A stretch of DNA of 64,000 bases, from assembly GCA_963755915.1 (NCBI GenBank), contig CAVWLP010000002.1:1888001-1952000 (forward strand), read 5' to 3'. This document shows, piece by piece, positions 1-13,074 of this stretch. A program made the position numbers and the translations under genes. This DNA is from an uncultured Phycisphaerales bacterium (lineage in GTDB: Bacteria > Planctomycetota > Phycisphaerae > Tepidisphaerales > Tepidisphaeraceae). Each line of letters opens with the position of its first letter. Position 1 is the first letter of the stretch. The notes beneath the pieces are model-generated. The model had not been told where the DNA came from. It made no database searches and saw only the letters and a program-made list of their open reading frames with translations.

Positions 1-634
1 CCGATCGGCCGATCCACGCGTGCTTGGTGCTTACCTTGTCGAGCGTGTTGTCGCCCAGATCGGCCGGGGTTCCGTCTTCCTTGCCGTCGACGAAAACATG
101 CAGCTTTTTGGCGGCGCCGTCTACGACGATGGCGACCATATGCTGCTTGCCGTCGTCGAGGCGGTCGTTGTCGATGTTGGTCTTCGACCCGGCGTCGGTT
201 GCAGTAATGGCTGCGCGGGACTGGTCGTCGCTGTCGCGGGGGGTGAAGTAAATGAAGGCCTGGCCTTCGGAATTATTCTGGTCGCCGAGGTCGAGGACTC
301 GCGAGAAGGCCGGTGCATCGCTGGCGGTGAACCAGACCACGAGGCTCACGCTGCCGGTCTTGGGAAGGATCGGCTTAGTGAAGGCGACGTATTGAACGTC
401 ATCGTCGTCGCTGTTTTTGCCGTCGTTTTTCAGCGTCAATGCGCCGTTGGCAATCGAGGCGCCTTTCAGGTTGCCGTCGGCGGTTCCGACCGAATCCTTC
501 ACCGTGCCGGCTTGCTGAAAGCTGTAGCGGTGAATCAAGTCCGCCTGGGCGTGGCAGGCAAAAAACCCGATTGCGGCGACGACAATCGCCACCAACCGGG
601 AAAGGAGTTTCTGCGGAAGTGTTTGCGGAATCAT
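1..634 (-). CDS. Secreted LamG/concanavalin A-like domain protein (3' end outside window)
   Basis: Not in the ORF track. Manual translation from ATG 634 gives MIPQTLPQKLLSRLVAIVVAAIGFFACHAQA (signal peptide), then DLIHRYSF..VKDSVG..HMVAIVVD..LHVFVDG..WIGRS, typical of LamG-like domains. Frame is open to the window edge. Confidence 0.75.
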   Translation of the reverse strand, partial: MIPQTLPQKLLSRLVAIVVAAIGFFACHAQADLIHRYSFQQAGTVKDSVGTADGNLKGASIANGALTLKNDGKNSDDDDVQYVAFTKPILPKTGSVSLVVWFTASDAPAFSRVLDLGDQNNSEGQAFIYFTPRDSDDQSRAAITATDAGSKTNIDNDRLDDGKQHMVAIVVDGAAKKLHVFVDGKEDGTPADLGDNTLDKVSTKHAWIGRS

Positions 635-685
635 CGATTTTCCTCCGGCGAATAACGCACGATCTTAGTTCGCGGCGGGATGAGT

Positions 686-1423
686 TCAAGCTGAAGGAGC
701 TGCTTCGGGCTTGCGGGCGGTGGCGAGGAGAAGCTCGGGGTGCGATTCCATCACCGATTGGGGGGTGAGCCACTGTTCGAGGCCCATTCGAAGATTGAAG
801 AAGAGATAGATAATCGGCCGGAGCCAGCCGGTGAGCGGCACGCGCCGGGTGAGGCCGCCGAGCGCAATCGAGCGGAGATGCGTGGAGTTGGCGACGATTC
901 CGATGCGCGGTTCGATGGTCTCCACGCGAAATCCGGCCTGCTCGAGCTCGTATTTCAGCCCGTCGATGGTCCAGCGTCGAAAATCGGTGGGATGACGGTG
1001 AAGGATAAAGGCGCCGTGGGTGGAGAGATAAAGGAGACCGCCGGGCCGGAGGAGGCGGAAGGCCTCGCGCAAATAGGCCTGGACATCGGCGACGTGCTCG
1101 AGCACCTGGGTGCTGAGAACGGCATGAAGGCCGCCGTCGTCCAGTGGAACGCGTCCATCGGGGCCGATCGCTAGAACTTCGGAATTTTGGGGCTCGATAT
1201 CGGCGCGAAGGAGGGTGATTCCCGCGTCCTGGAAAATCGCCGCATAAGGGGAAACGCCTGCCCCCAGGTCCAGGGTCTTGCCGCCGGCGAGTTCGTTGCG
1301 ATGGCGCTGGAGAAATTGTGCAGCCCCTGCAAGGAGATGGCGGAGGGTCCAGTAGTCGCGATGAAAGAGATGTGGCCGGCTGCGATCGACATAATGCGCC
1401 TGCCCGAGCCGCTGTTCCCACAT
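686..1423 (-). CDS. Class I SAM-dependent methyltransferase
   Basis: Motifs TLDLGAG, STQVLEHV and RLLRPGG. Confidence 0.85.
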   Translation of the reverse strand: MWEQRLGQAHYVDRSRPHLFHRDYWTLRHLLAGAAQFLQRHRNELAGGKTLDLGAGVSPYAAIFQDAGITLLRADIEPQNSEVLAIGPDGRVPLDDGGLHAVLSTQVLEHVADVQAYLREAFRLLRPGGLLYLSTHGAFILHRHPTDFRRWTIDGLKYELEQAGFRVETIEPRIGIVANSTHLRSIALGGLTRRVPLTGWLRPIIYLFFNLRMGLEQWLTPQSVMESHPELLLATARKPEAAPSA

Positions 1424-1558
1424 TCAAACGATTGTATCAGCCCCAAGTAATTTGCCGACTAAATTGGGGACCACGATTCGGGGACATCGAATGACGCGCC
1501 CCGCAAGCGAGGGCGGCTACACGTGGAGAGAGATTATCGTTGAATCGCGGTCTGCTAT

Positions 1559-2340
1559 TTAGACTGACGCCGCGCTGGCCGGGCGACTCGATGTGAGGGT
1601 CGATCCATCGCTTTCATATCCCAGGGCCCGCAGGCTTCGCTGGAGCAAATGGGTCAGTTTCTCCCCCTGTTTGGGCGTTAATTCCCTCTTCCATCGGCCC
1701 ACTTCGCCGGTACCGATGTGGTTGTCATGCAGCAGGGTTGTGCGGTCGCGGCGATGAGAATCGAGGATCACGTCCACGTCTTTGTCGGTGCGTGCGCCCA
1801 ATCCCTCGCAGACCTTGCGGCTGGCGCGGATGTTGGTTTGAGCGTCGATTGCCTCGGCGTCCTTCTGGTCGAGCGAGATCTTCAAATAAGCGGCGATGCG
1901 CTTGATCTGCCACATGCGGTCTTCCATCATTTCTTCGTAACGGATGAAGAGGGTGCGGCCGAAGTCCTGGTAATCGGCGAGATATTTGATGCTGGAAACG
2001 ACGCGACTGATGGAGGCGTCAAACCCGGCGCCCCAGAAGACGATGTCGGAGGCAATGCAATGCGCGGGTCGCGGATGGTGCAGACGGCCTTGGCGCGGCC
2101 GGTGTGAATCCAGTCCAGGGCGACCGGGCCAAGCTCGTGCCCCTTGACGATTGCCGGGCCCTCGCGGACGTAGGCCTGGGTGACGAGAAATTGGTCGAGA
2201 GTGTTTCGGTCGAGATAGGCGCTGCCGTGGGCCTGGCCGCGCCGCTTGGCGAGAAGGTCTCCCATCAACCGGCAGACGTTGAAGGACCAGGTCGATCCTG
2301 AGCGGATCATCCCATCACAAATAACGATCGGCGATACCAT
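1559..2340 (-). CDS. Sulfotransferase-family protein, split by a 1-nt frameshift near 2062
   Basis: N-terminal GMIRSGSTW PAPS-binding loop and IRDPR. Adding one base joins ORF 1927-2340 to 1559-1930 (DCIASD...RYEEMMED...GEVGRWK). Confidence 0.75.
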
Positions 2341-2515
2341 TGACTGTAACTACGATTGAGTTCCCCGCTCAACGCGCCCGGCAAACGGACGGGCATGCCT
2401 TTTCATGAAGATTATATTATCATCCAAGTCGCGCTCAAAAAAGGGAAAAGGGGCAGTATTCGCCGGAAACGAATAATGTGCTGCTCCGGAATTTTGGGAA
2501 GCTGAGGAAGATTGG

Positions 2516-3265
2516 ATGAACGGTTGGAGAATCTCGTGGGCTCTCGGCATCGTCGTTTTAACCTTAAGCGTCAAATCATTTGGGCAAGGCGGACCACCAC
2601 TTATCGGCGATGATCCCGGCACTCCCGGTAACAAACACTGGGAAATCAACGTCAGCTATCAGTATTTCCAGTCGCCGGGGATCTCCAGCATGGATGTGCC
2701 GCTGCTGGACCTGAACTACGGCTTGGGGGACCACATCGAGCTTTCCTATTTAGGCGGCTGGTTGTTCGGAGAAAACAACGGCACCTGGCAAAATGGATAT
2801 GACGACTCGCAGCTTGGCGTGAAGTGGCGCTTCCTCGACCAGGATAAAACCGGCGTGGATATGTCCGTCTACCCGCAATGGACTTTTAACACGACCAAAT
2901 CCCTGACCACCACAGGTTTCGTTGAGTCCGGGAACGGCGTTTACGTTCCGTTCGAAATCGCCAAAACCATCGGCAAGCTCGAACTCGACGGGGAGGCCGG
3001 GTTCCAATGGTGGGAATATGATCGCGACCAATGGGCCGGGGGGCCGATCATCGGGTATCTCTTAAACGATCGGATCGAGCTGCTTGGCGAAGCCCGGTTC
3101 ACGTTCGATGAAAGTTTTCGCACCTACGATCTGATCTTGGACGGGGGCGGGCGCTTCACGATCAACGATCACATGCAAATCCTTTTCTCAGCCGGGCGGA
3201 GCGTGCGCAGCGGCGACAGCAGCGTGCGGCTGTATCTATTTTCCGGCCTGGGATTCACATTCTGA
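2516..3265 (+). CDS. Putative outer-membrane beta-barrel protein
   Basis: Signal peptide, GGPPLIGDDPGTPG N-terminus, amphipathic beta strands, and C-terminal GLGFTF ending in Phe. Confidence 0.6.
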   Translation: MNGWRISWALGIVVLTLSVKSFGQGGPPLIGDDPGTPGNKHWEINVSYQYFQSPGISSMDVPLLDLNYGLGDHIELSYLGGWLFGENNGTWQNGYDDSQLGVKWRFLDQDKTGVDMSVYPQWTFNTTKSLTTTGFVESGNGVYVPFEIAKTIGKLELDGEAGFQWWEYDRDQWAGGPIIGYLLNDRIELLGEARFTFDESFRTYDLILDGGGRFTINDHMQILFSAGRSVRSGDSSVRLYLFSGLGFTF

Positions 3266-4939
3266 GTATCCCAATGCGCGAGCGGGCTGGGCGCACAGGG
3301 CCCGAATGGCCAGGAGATCGTCGCGTCCCAGAAGTTCGCGCCGGCGCCGAATCAGCGAGGGCTCAATTGAGGCCGCCTCTCTGCCGGCGGGCAAACCATC
3401 CAATATTTTTGCCAGCGCCTGCCGCGGATTAGTGACGAGGTCTTCGTAGCGAATCAAAATCAAACGATCCGACGATTCGAGAATGAGATTGGCCAGGAAC
3501 CGCCACCAGGCGGCCCGGCGAGAAGCCGGATCGATGATCGCGGCGATGGCCCGCAATTCCTGCTGCTGGCGAACCGTCAGCCAGGGATCGATCGGGTTTC
3601 CAATCGGCTGGCGTACGACTTCGGCGATATTCAGATGCCCAAAACTTCCCTTCCACGAGGCAATCGTATCGAGGGGATTTCGCACGCAGGCGACGAAGCG
3701 GGCGCTCGGGAATATCTGCCGAAGCATCGGCAGGCGGGTTAAAAATGGGAGCGTTTCCTTGATCCCCAGGACGAAATTCGGCGAGTCAACCTGCGGCGTG
3801 TACGTTTCGAATTTGTCGAGCTTGGCGGTGTCCTGAATGATTTGCCCGCCTTCGACTTTGTTGGCGATGGGAACGCCCAGGAGCACGTCGCGACGGCGGT
3901 CGCGCAAGAAATTGGCCAGTGCGAGGGGCGATTTTGTATTTCGCAAAAGCGGAATTGCTTCGGGCGGCTCATTGAGCGCGACGCAGTTGCTCATGCAGTG
4001 AAGCAGGTGGCAAAGATAACTGGTGCCGCTGCGGGGGATGCCGCTGATGATGATCTCGGGAGTCAAAACGTGGCCGGGGCTGATTTCTTTCGACGAAGGG
4101 ACGGCCAGGGTGATTACCCGCTGCCACGACGCGTCGCCGGCGGTGAGGTCGCGCAGCTCGGGATAATCACCCAGCAGCTTGGCAAGCAGGAGCAGCAGGC
4201 TGGGCTCGCGGGCGATATTTTCCGGGTTGTCGTAGCGCGCGAAGATCGGCGGGTTGCGCTCGTCGATCGGCCGCAGCCAGATTGGCTGCCCATAGCGTTC
4301 GTCAAGGACATCGACGTCCAACTGCGATTTTGCAGCGGCAACCGCGAGCGCGACGTTGCGGATGTCCGAGGCGGATTTCTTGGATTGAGTCTGGCGAATG
4401 GTTTGGAAACTGTGCCGCCAGACGTCGCCGAATCCGGCGTTCGCGGGGACGGCGACAAAGCCGGGATCGAAACAGAGCGGGAAAAATTGGCCGGTGTGCT
4501 CGGAGAATCCGCGTGTTCCGGGCAGATGCGATCCGCACAATTGGAAGATCGTGCGCCAGGCCGATTCGTCGCCGATGTCCGGCGGCTGAATGGCGGGGCA
4601 GGCGTTGAAGGCAATCGAAAACCGCGGCGCGTCCTGGAAATCTCCCAGCAGGAGTTGGGCGGGGTTCAGCAGCACCAGTTTTTCGCAAACGGTGTTTACC
4701 CGCAGGCATTCAACGTCAATTTCTTCGGCATCGCCGGCGAGAATTCTCCGCACACCCAGGCGGTCAAACAATGCCAGTGTCGAGGATTTGCAAGCCAATC
4801 CCTCTGAGGATTGCGCGACCACGGCGATAAGCTCACAGTGGCTCCGCACCGAACGCGCCAGCGATGCCGCCAGAAATGCCGATCGGATTTCAATGTCCCC
4901 CGGCACGCATGCAAACGCGAATGCGAACGACCGACTCAA
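3236..4939 (-). CDS. Sulfotransferase-domain protein with an uncharacterised, possibly glycosyltransferase-like, N-terminal half
   Basis: C-terminal half has IISGIPRSGTS, LNEP, VRNPLDTIASW and IRYEDLV. Confidence 0.7.
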   Translation of the reverse strand: MSRSFAFAFACVPGDIEIRSAFLAASLARSVRSHCELIAVVAQSSEGLACKSSTLALFDRLGVRRILAGDAEEIDVECLRVNTVCEKLVLLNPAQLLLGDFQDAPRFSIAFNACPAIQPPDIGDESAWRTIFQLCGSHLPGTRGFSEHTGQFFPLCFDPGFVAVPANAGFGDVWRHSFQTIRQTQSKKSASDIRNVALAVAAAKSQLDVDVLDERYGQPIWLRPIDERNPPIFARYDNPENIAREPSLLLLLAKLLGDYPELRDLTAGDASWQRVITLAVPSSKEISPGHVLTPEIIISGIPRSGTSYLCHLLHCMSNCVALNEPPEAIPLLRNTKSPLALANFLRDRRRDVLLGVPIANKVEGGQIIQDTAKLDKFETYTPQVDSPNFVLGIKETLPFLTRLPMLRQIFPSARFVACVRNPLDTIASWKGSFGHLNIAEVVRQPIGNPIDPWLTVRQQQELRAIAAIIDPASRRAAWWRFLANLILESSDRLILIRYEDLVTNPRQALAKILDGLPAGREAASIEPSLIRRRRELLGRDDLLAIRALCAQPARALGYSECESQAGK

Positions 4940-5221
4940 ACGCCTCCCGACAGAGCTTTCAGGGGCACGCCGCCAGACGTACGGAGGGTGCGATCCATCC
5001 GGCAGTGAAATCGAACTTTAATATCAGCCGCGGCCATTAAGATTCCCGTGATGCGGCATTCTACGGGTAGCGCTGTCGAAAAACATCGCTTCGTCCGGTA
5101 ACCCGCACTTTTTCGCCCTCATTCACGCGCTATTTTCTCTATCTTCCTAAGCGCCGGCAAAATCCACGACGATAGTTCACAAGGCAGCGCAGCCGGTTTT
5201 TGCGCAATAATCGGAACGATT

Positions 5222-7060
5222 ATGAATCAGACCAACCCATCGATGGATTATCTCTCCCAGGACATAACCGAACGCTCGCGCGAGCAGCGCGATGCAATGC
5301 GCACCGGCGGCCCCGCTGCCGCCAAACCGCCCAAGAGCGGAATGACGCGCACGGTTGCGCGGCGGCTGATCCCCGCGTGCATCGTGACGCCGGCCTTGCT
5401 GTGGTGGATTCTCATCTTCGGTGTCCACCGCAACTTGTATGCCCTGGAAACCTGCTTCATTCTATTCGTCTATTCGGTGACGGTGGTTTTCGGCGTGATC
5501 GTCTGCCTGAACCTGAGGAAGCTGGCGAAAATGGACGCCGAGCAGGTCAAATCGCAGGAGCAGCTGCGGCAGTCGAAGGAAGCTGCCGAGGCGGCGAATC
5601 GGTTTAAGTCGGCCTTTTTCGCGAACATCAGCCACGAAATTCGCACTCCACTCACGGCGATCAACGGCTTCGCGGAGCTGCTCATGAGCGACGGGCGAAG
5701 CGAAGAGGAACGGCGCTCCGACGCTCGGGTGATTCGCCGCAACGGCGAGCACCTGCTTACGCTCATCAACGACATTCTCGACCAGTCGAAGATCGAGGCC
5801 GGGAAGATGTCGGTCGAGCCGATTCTGTGCTGCCCGGCGGCAATTGTCGGTGAAGTTTGCTCGATGCTCACCCCGCGGGCGGCGGAAAAGGGCCTGTCGC
5901 TGAGCATGAAATTCGAGGGATCGATTCCGAAAAAGATCCGCACCGATCCCACGCGTTTGCGGCAGGTGCTGATCAACCTCGTCGCCAATGCGATTAAGTT
6001 CACCAAAGAGGGCGGCGTCGTGCTGACGACGTCGATCAAGCCGGCGATTACCGCTGCGAATCCGATGCTGGAGGTCAAAATCACGGACACGGGCATCGGC
6101 ATCTCCGCTGAGCAGCAGGCGTTGCTCTTCAAGCCGTTCATGCAGGCCGACGCCTCCATCAGCCGCCACTACGGCGGATCGGGGCTGGGCCTGGCGATTT
6201 CAAAACATTTTGCCCAGGCGCTGGGCGGCGACATCAGCGTCTCCAGCGAGGCCGGCAAGGGGAGCACGTTCACCGTCGCTATCACGACCGGGCCCCTGAT
6301 TGGAGTGGAGATTCACGATCGCCCGCAGGAGGCGACGCAGCCGCAGGAAGATTTCAGCGGGCCGAAAGTGCGCATCACCGGCAGCGTTCTGGTCGCCGAG
6401 GACGGCATCGACAACCAGGCGCTGATCGCGGCCAAACTGCGCGAAACCGGGTTGAAGGTCGAGGTGGCCGAAAACGGCAAACTGGCCTGCGAAAAGGCGC
6501 TTTCGGGTTCGGCGTCTTTCGACCTGATCCTGATGGACGTGCAGATGCCGGAAATGGACGGCTACGCCGCCACGCTGCACCTGCGCAGCAAGGGGTATCG
6601 CGGGCCGATCATCGCTCTTACGGCCAACGCGGGCGAGCGCGACCGGAGCAAGTGCCTCAACGCCGGCTGCAACGATTTCGTGACCAAGCCGATCAGCATG
6701 GAAAAGCTGATCAAGGCGATTGGTCGTCACCTTGCGATGGTGAGGGTTGCCAAGCCGGCGCCGCGAGGTGAAGGCGCCGCGGCTGGAGCCGAGGCCCTGG
6801 CGCAGAAGTTTTACCAGGAGCTTCCGGAAGAGGTGGAGCAGATCGAGCAGGCTGTGGAGCGGGAAGATCGGGTTCAGCTGAAGGAAGCGGCGCAGCTACT
6901 GTTGGGGAAATCTTCGGCCGCGGGGCTTAAGGACGTTGCGGCAAAGGCGGCGCGGCTGCTGCATGCCGCGGAGAATGAGCTGTCGTGGGAAGCGCTTCGT
7001 GAGACCGCGGGGGAATTCATTCGCGAATGCCAGCCGGATTCAACGCGGCAGGCGGCGTAA
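5222..7060 (+). CDS. Hybrid sensor histidine kinase (HisKA, HATPase, receiver, Hpt-like tail)
   Basis: Two TM segments, ANISHEIRTPL H-box, NLVANAIKFT N-box, DTGIG and GGSGLGL G-boxes, receiver LILMDVQMPEMDG. Confidence 0.93.
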   Translation: MNQTNPSMDYLSQDITERSREQRDAMRTGGPAAAKPPKSGMTRTVARRLIPACIVTPALLWWILIFGVHRNLYALETCFILFVYSVTVVFGVIVCLNLRKLAKMDAEQVKSQEQLRQSKEAAEAANRFKSAFFANISHEIRTPLTAINGFAELLMSDGRSEEERRSDARVIRRNGEHLLTLINDILDQSKIEAGKMSVEPILCCPAAIVGEVCSMLTPRAAEKGLSLSMKFEGSIPKKIRTDPTRLRQVLINLVANAIKFTKEGGVVLTTSIKPAITAANPMLEVKITDTGIGISAEQQALLFKPFMQADASISRHYGGSGLGLAISKHFAQALGGDISVSSEAGKGSTFTVAITTGPLIGVEIHDRPQEATQPQEDFSGPKVRITGSVLVAEDGIDNQALIAAKLRETGLKVEVAENGKLACEKALSGSASFDLILMDVQMPEMDGYAATLHLRSKGYRGPIIALTANAGERDRSKCLNAGCNDFVTKPISMEKLIKAIGRHLAMVRVAKPAPRGEGAAAGAEALAQKFYQELPEEVEQIEQAVEREDRVQLKEAAQLLLGKSSAAGLKDVAAKAARLLHAAENELSWEALRETAGEFIRECQPDSTRQAA

Positions 7061-7070
7061 GAATCTCATT

Positions 7071-7379
7071 TTAAAAATAAGTACCCGGATTATCTCGCGA
7101 TGATCGGGGTTCCTGATTAACGCTGGCAGTGACCTGCTTTCCCGCTGAAGCAGTATCTTTGACCCGTTTGCTCCTGGCTTCCAAAGCGGCTTCAACTCCG
7201 CGGAAGAACCCATCGCCCAATTCTGATCCGGCATTGCGAAAGAGGGTAATCAGGTCTTTGGTTGAGATCGGCTTGGGGATGACGCGTTTGATGGTTTGGC
7301 TGAACGATTCGTTTTCGTGCTGCACGGTTTTCAGGCGGCCGTACGCTTCCATGTCGATCGTGATGGTTTTGGTTGCCAT
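7071..7379 (-). CDS. VapB-like (DUF217-type) antitoxin; C-terminus reads into a 5S rRNA duplicate and no toxin follows
   Basis: MATKTITIDMEAYGRLK...ENESFSQTIKRVI matches the TKTI/ESFS pattern. GGAG RBS upstream. Confidence 0.7.
   Translation of the reverse strand: MATKTITIDMEAYGRLKTVQHENESFSQTIKRVIPKPISTKDLITLFRNAGSELGDGFFRGVEAALEARSKRVKDTASAGKQVTASVNQEPRSSRDNPGTYF
7078..7157. repeat. 80-bp direct-repeat copy of 7441-7520 (5S rRNA 3' end plus terminator)
   Basis: Gap-free manual alignment with 7 mismatches, 6 of them in the terminator part. Confidence 0.95.
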
Positions 7380-7392
7380 CAAAAATCTCCGT

Positions 7393-7412
7393 GTATGTGT
7401 GTGTACACATAC
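7393..7412. promoter_or_regulatory. Palindromic operator upstream of the antitoxin
   Basis: GTATGTGT-N4-ACACATAC perfect inverted repeat just upstream of the start codon. TA antitoxins typically autoregulate at such sites. Confidence 0.5.
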
Positions 7413-7435
7413 CTCGCTGTGGGCGCCGGAGCAAG

Positions 7436-7475
7436 CAAAAAAAGAACCCCGATCATCTCACGACGATCGGGGTTC
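7436..7475 (-). terminator. Intrinsic terminator of the 23S-5S operon
   Basis: 11-bp stem GAACCCCGATC/GATCGGGGTTC followed by a T-tract on the minus strand. Confidence 0.85.
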
Positions 7476-7482
7476 CTGATTA

Positions 7483-7591
7483 ACGCTGGCAGTGACCTAC
7501 TTTCCCGCTGAAGCAGTATCATCGGCCCGGCAGGCTTAACGACCGTGTTCGGAATGGGAACGGGTGTGACCCTACCGGTGTAGCCACCAAC
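7483..7591 (-). rRNA. rrf: 5S rRNA (short, about 108 nt; ends approximate)
   Basis: Minus strand has CCCGTTCCCATTCCGAACACGGTCGTTAAGC, GCCGATGATACTG and GGGAAAGTAGGTCACTGCCAG. Confidence 0.95.
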
Positions 7592-7713
7592 GAAGTCCCG
7601 AAAGGAGGGTTAGCCCCGATCGGGATGTTATTTCGAAGGAATATGAGGTTCTTCCGCGTTATCGAACACTCTTTTTGGAAACGTCTATTTTGAGATAGAC
7701 AGTTCTCGATAAA

Positions 7714-10659
<2,946 letters not shown>

Positions 10660-10896
10660 ATTTATCGATCACTGTCTAAGAGACTTCACTGCCAGGTCCT
10701 ATAAAATAGGCCCCAACAGCTCTATCTCCCGGGCGGGCGTGCCCAAAAACAGAACAAACGACCGATAAAGATCAAATTCGCCAAAAAGGTGCTCGACGAC
10801 TCCTGCCCGAAACGGGCCAACATGCACCCATTCCCAGACGGAAAAACCAAAAACCAATGGGCAGAAGTCGCGGAGGTTTAATTGCTTTAAACCTTG

Positions 10897-10922
10897 AACC
10901 TCATATTCACTTCTCAAAGAGC
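10897..10922 (-). promoter_or_regulatory. boxA-like sequence and 5' strand of a pre-23S processing stem
   Basis: Minus strand GCTCTTTGAGAAG resembles boxA. Plus-strand GAACCTCATATTC (10897-10909) is the exact reverse complement of GAATATGAGGTTC in the 23S-5S spacer (about 7639-7651). Confidence 0.65.
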
Positions 10923-11199
10923 AAATTCACCGGCCAAACAGCACCGGAAAACTTCCCGCCGAACGCGGGTCAACTGGTCCAGCTTGCTTCGGGGCCAATT
11001 GATCCAAATTCGGCAAAAAACTGAGCCTCAGCCGTCTGGCTGATTTTCAATTTCCATCGCCACCTCGTGGCGACCTCAATTTTTGATGGGAATCGCTACG
11101 AAGGACGGCGTGAAATTACGGGTTGAATTACGATCAAACCTGCTTTCCTTAAAGACTGTCCTCGTTTCCAATGCCTTGGCGGCGAACCAAGGGTGCGGA

Positions 11200-11227
11200 A
11201 GTATACGCGTCTATTTCGACCCGTCAA
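11200..11227 (-). promoter_or_regulatory. Sigma70-type rRNA promoter
   Basis: TTGACG-N16-TATACT followed by a GC-rich discriminator (TCCGCACCC), about 540 nt upstream of the 23S 5' end. Confidence 0.75.
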
Positions 11228-11322
11228 GGCCCTGTGCTGAAATTTTTAGCCTCTCGCTAAGAACGAATCGTAAATCCATTCCCCATATGGCTCAAAGACT
11301 TACGTCGCGACCTGTTGAATGT

Positions 11323-12033
11323 TCAGAGGCTTTTCACCGCCGCCTCAAGCTTGGCGGCGATCTCGTCCCATCCCTGGCGCTTGTCCTCAATCCCGTCAAA
11401 ACTCAGGCTGGGGCCGATTCTCATCCGAATCTTCTTCGGCCGCGGAACACGCTTCCCCGGCGGCAGGGAATCAAAAGTCCCCTCCAGCCGGCAGGGCACC
11501 ACCGGAACCGCCGTCCCCGCGACGATCATCTCCAGGCCCGACTTGAACTTCCCCATCTCCCCGGTTCGGCTCCGCGTCCCTTCCGGGAAGACAATGTAAA
11601 TGCAGGCCCGCCCAACCAGCCGCTGACGCAAATCCGCAAGCTCGTGCGCGATTCCCCGCCGTTTTCGCCACATCGGCAGGGCGTTGATGACCACCGCCGA
11701 AGCGACGGCCACAATCGGCGTCTCAAAAAAAGTATCCCCCGCGGCAATCGGAAACGCATTGCATCGCAGCCGCCAGTTCAGGGCGCTCGCCAGGACGGCC
11801 ACGTCGAGATGGCTGGAATGATTCGAGGCCAGAACAAACGGCCCGTTTTTCGGCAGGTGCTCCCGCCCGATGATTTCCATCCGGTGATACAGCCGCAGGA
11901 TCACCTTTACCCAGACCGAGCAAATCAGATGTACGAGATATGGGATCAGCCCCTGCTCGCGTTCAACGCTCCGCAGCCGGGCGCCCAGCGGGAGGCCCAA
12001 ATCCTGCGCCGGTTCCAACTTCCAAGAATCCAT
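11323..12033 (-). CDS. PlsC-like lysophospholipid acyltransferase
   Basis: NHSSHLD (HxxxxD) and FPEGTRS motifs. Confidence 0.9.
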   Translation of the reverse strand: MDSWKLEPAQDLGLPLGARLRSVEREQGLIPYLVHLICSVWVKVILRLYHRMEIIGREHLPKNGPFVLASNHSSHLDVAVLASALNWRLRCNAFPIAAGDTFFETPIVAVASAVVINALPMWRKRRGIAHELADLRQRLVGRACIYIVFPEGTRSRTGEMGKFKSGLEMIVAGTAVPVVPCRLEGTFDSLPPGKRVPRPKKIRMRIGPSLSFDGIEDKRQGWDEIAAKLEAAVKSL

Positions 12034-12045
12034 TCCAGGTTCCGA

Positions 12046-13074
12046 TCATCCCCCGAAAAATCCCCCAAAGAATCCATTGCTGAAAATCCGCACCTCGCCC
12101 CCCAGCCCAACGCCAATATGATACCCCACATAATGAAACACTGCCGGGCAAACGAGTAGCAGGCTGTTGAACCGATCCAAAACGCCCCCATGCCCAGGCA
12201 ACGTCGCGGCCATGTCCTTGATCCCCAGGTCGCGCTTCACGCTCGACATCAGGAGATCGCCCAATTGCCCCAGAACGCTGATCATGATGCCGAGCATCAG
12301 CGCGTGCTGCCACTCGGCGATGATCGTCCCCGCGAATACGAAATGCGCCAAGATGGCACCGAGAATCGTCGTTAGCAGCAGCGCCCCCAGCGCACCGCCA
12401 ACGGTTTTATTCGGGCTGGTATTTCGCGCCAGCTTGATATGCCCGAACGATTTTCCGCAGATAAAAGCGAAGACGTCGTTCAGTTCCACGCAAAGCAGCA
12501 GCCAGCAGAGAATCGCGCGGTAGCGAAGGTCATTGCAGAAAAAGCAGAGATGCCCCAGGCAGATTCCAAAGAGCATGAAGGCCAGAACGCCCAGGCCCAC
12601 GCGCTGGATAAAGCCTTTTGGCTGATCGTAAAAAATCGTGATGACCGCGATGACCCCGACCGTCAGCGGCGAAAGCGCCGCGAAAAATCCATACCAGTCG
12701 TCGAGGCACGCATACGTAACCATCAGGATCCCCACGACCACCACAAAGCTGATGGTCCGCTCGCGAAACAGCCCCGTCGCCCGGGCAAATTCGCGGTAGC
12801 AGAGGAGGCTCAAGGCGCAGACGGCGATCATGGCCGCAAACGCCCCCAGCAGAATCGGCCCGATGATCAGCGGCGCGAGAATGAGCCAGGAGATATATCT
12901 TTCCCACAGCTCGCGCCGCAGCTTGTCGTTGAGTTTTCCGGCCCGGTCGAGGAGGCGAAAGACGATCGGCGTGGCAATCAGAATCGAGACGACCCCGATC
13001 GTCAGGCCCAAAACCAGGCCTGAATCGAAGGCGTTTCGCACGCCAAAGAGCCGCTCGTGCGTTGCTTCGGTCAT
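12046..13074 (-). CDS. Phosphatidate cytidylyltransferase family protein (YnbB/CdsA-like)
   Basis: SPNKT..G, GDLLMSSVKRDLGIKD and PGHGGVLDRFNS. Likely start MTEATH at 13074, overlapping the upstream stop. Confidence 0.9.
   Translation of the reverse strand: MTEATHERLFGVRNAFDSGLVLGLTIGVVSILIATPIVFRLLDRAGKLNDKLRRELWERYISWLILAPLIIGPILLGAFAAMIAVCALSLLCYREFARATGLFRERTISFVVVVGILMVTYACLDDWYGFFAALSPLTVGVIAVITIFYDQPKGFIQRVGLGVLAFMLFGICLGHLCFFCNDLRYRAILCWLLLCVELNDVFAFICGKSFGHIKLARNTSPNKTVGGALGALLLTTILGAILAHFVFAGTIIAEWQHALMLGIMISVLGQLGDLLMSSVKRDLGIKDMAATLPGHGGVLDRFNSLLLVCPAVFHYVGYHIGVGLGGEVRIFSNGFFGGFFGG

Noticed and set aside
20..655. 211-aa plus-strand ORF
   Set aside because: Shadow of the minus-strand LamG-like gene, which has a signal peptide and domain motifs.
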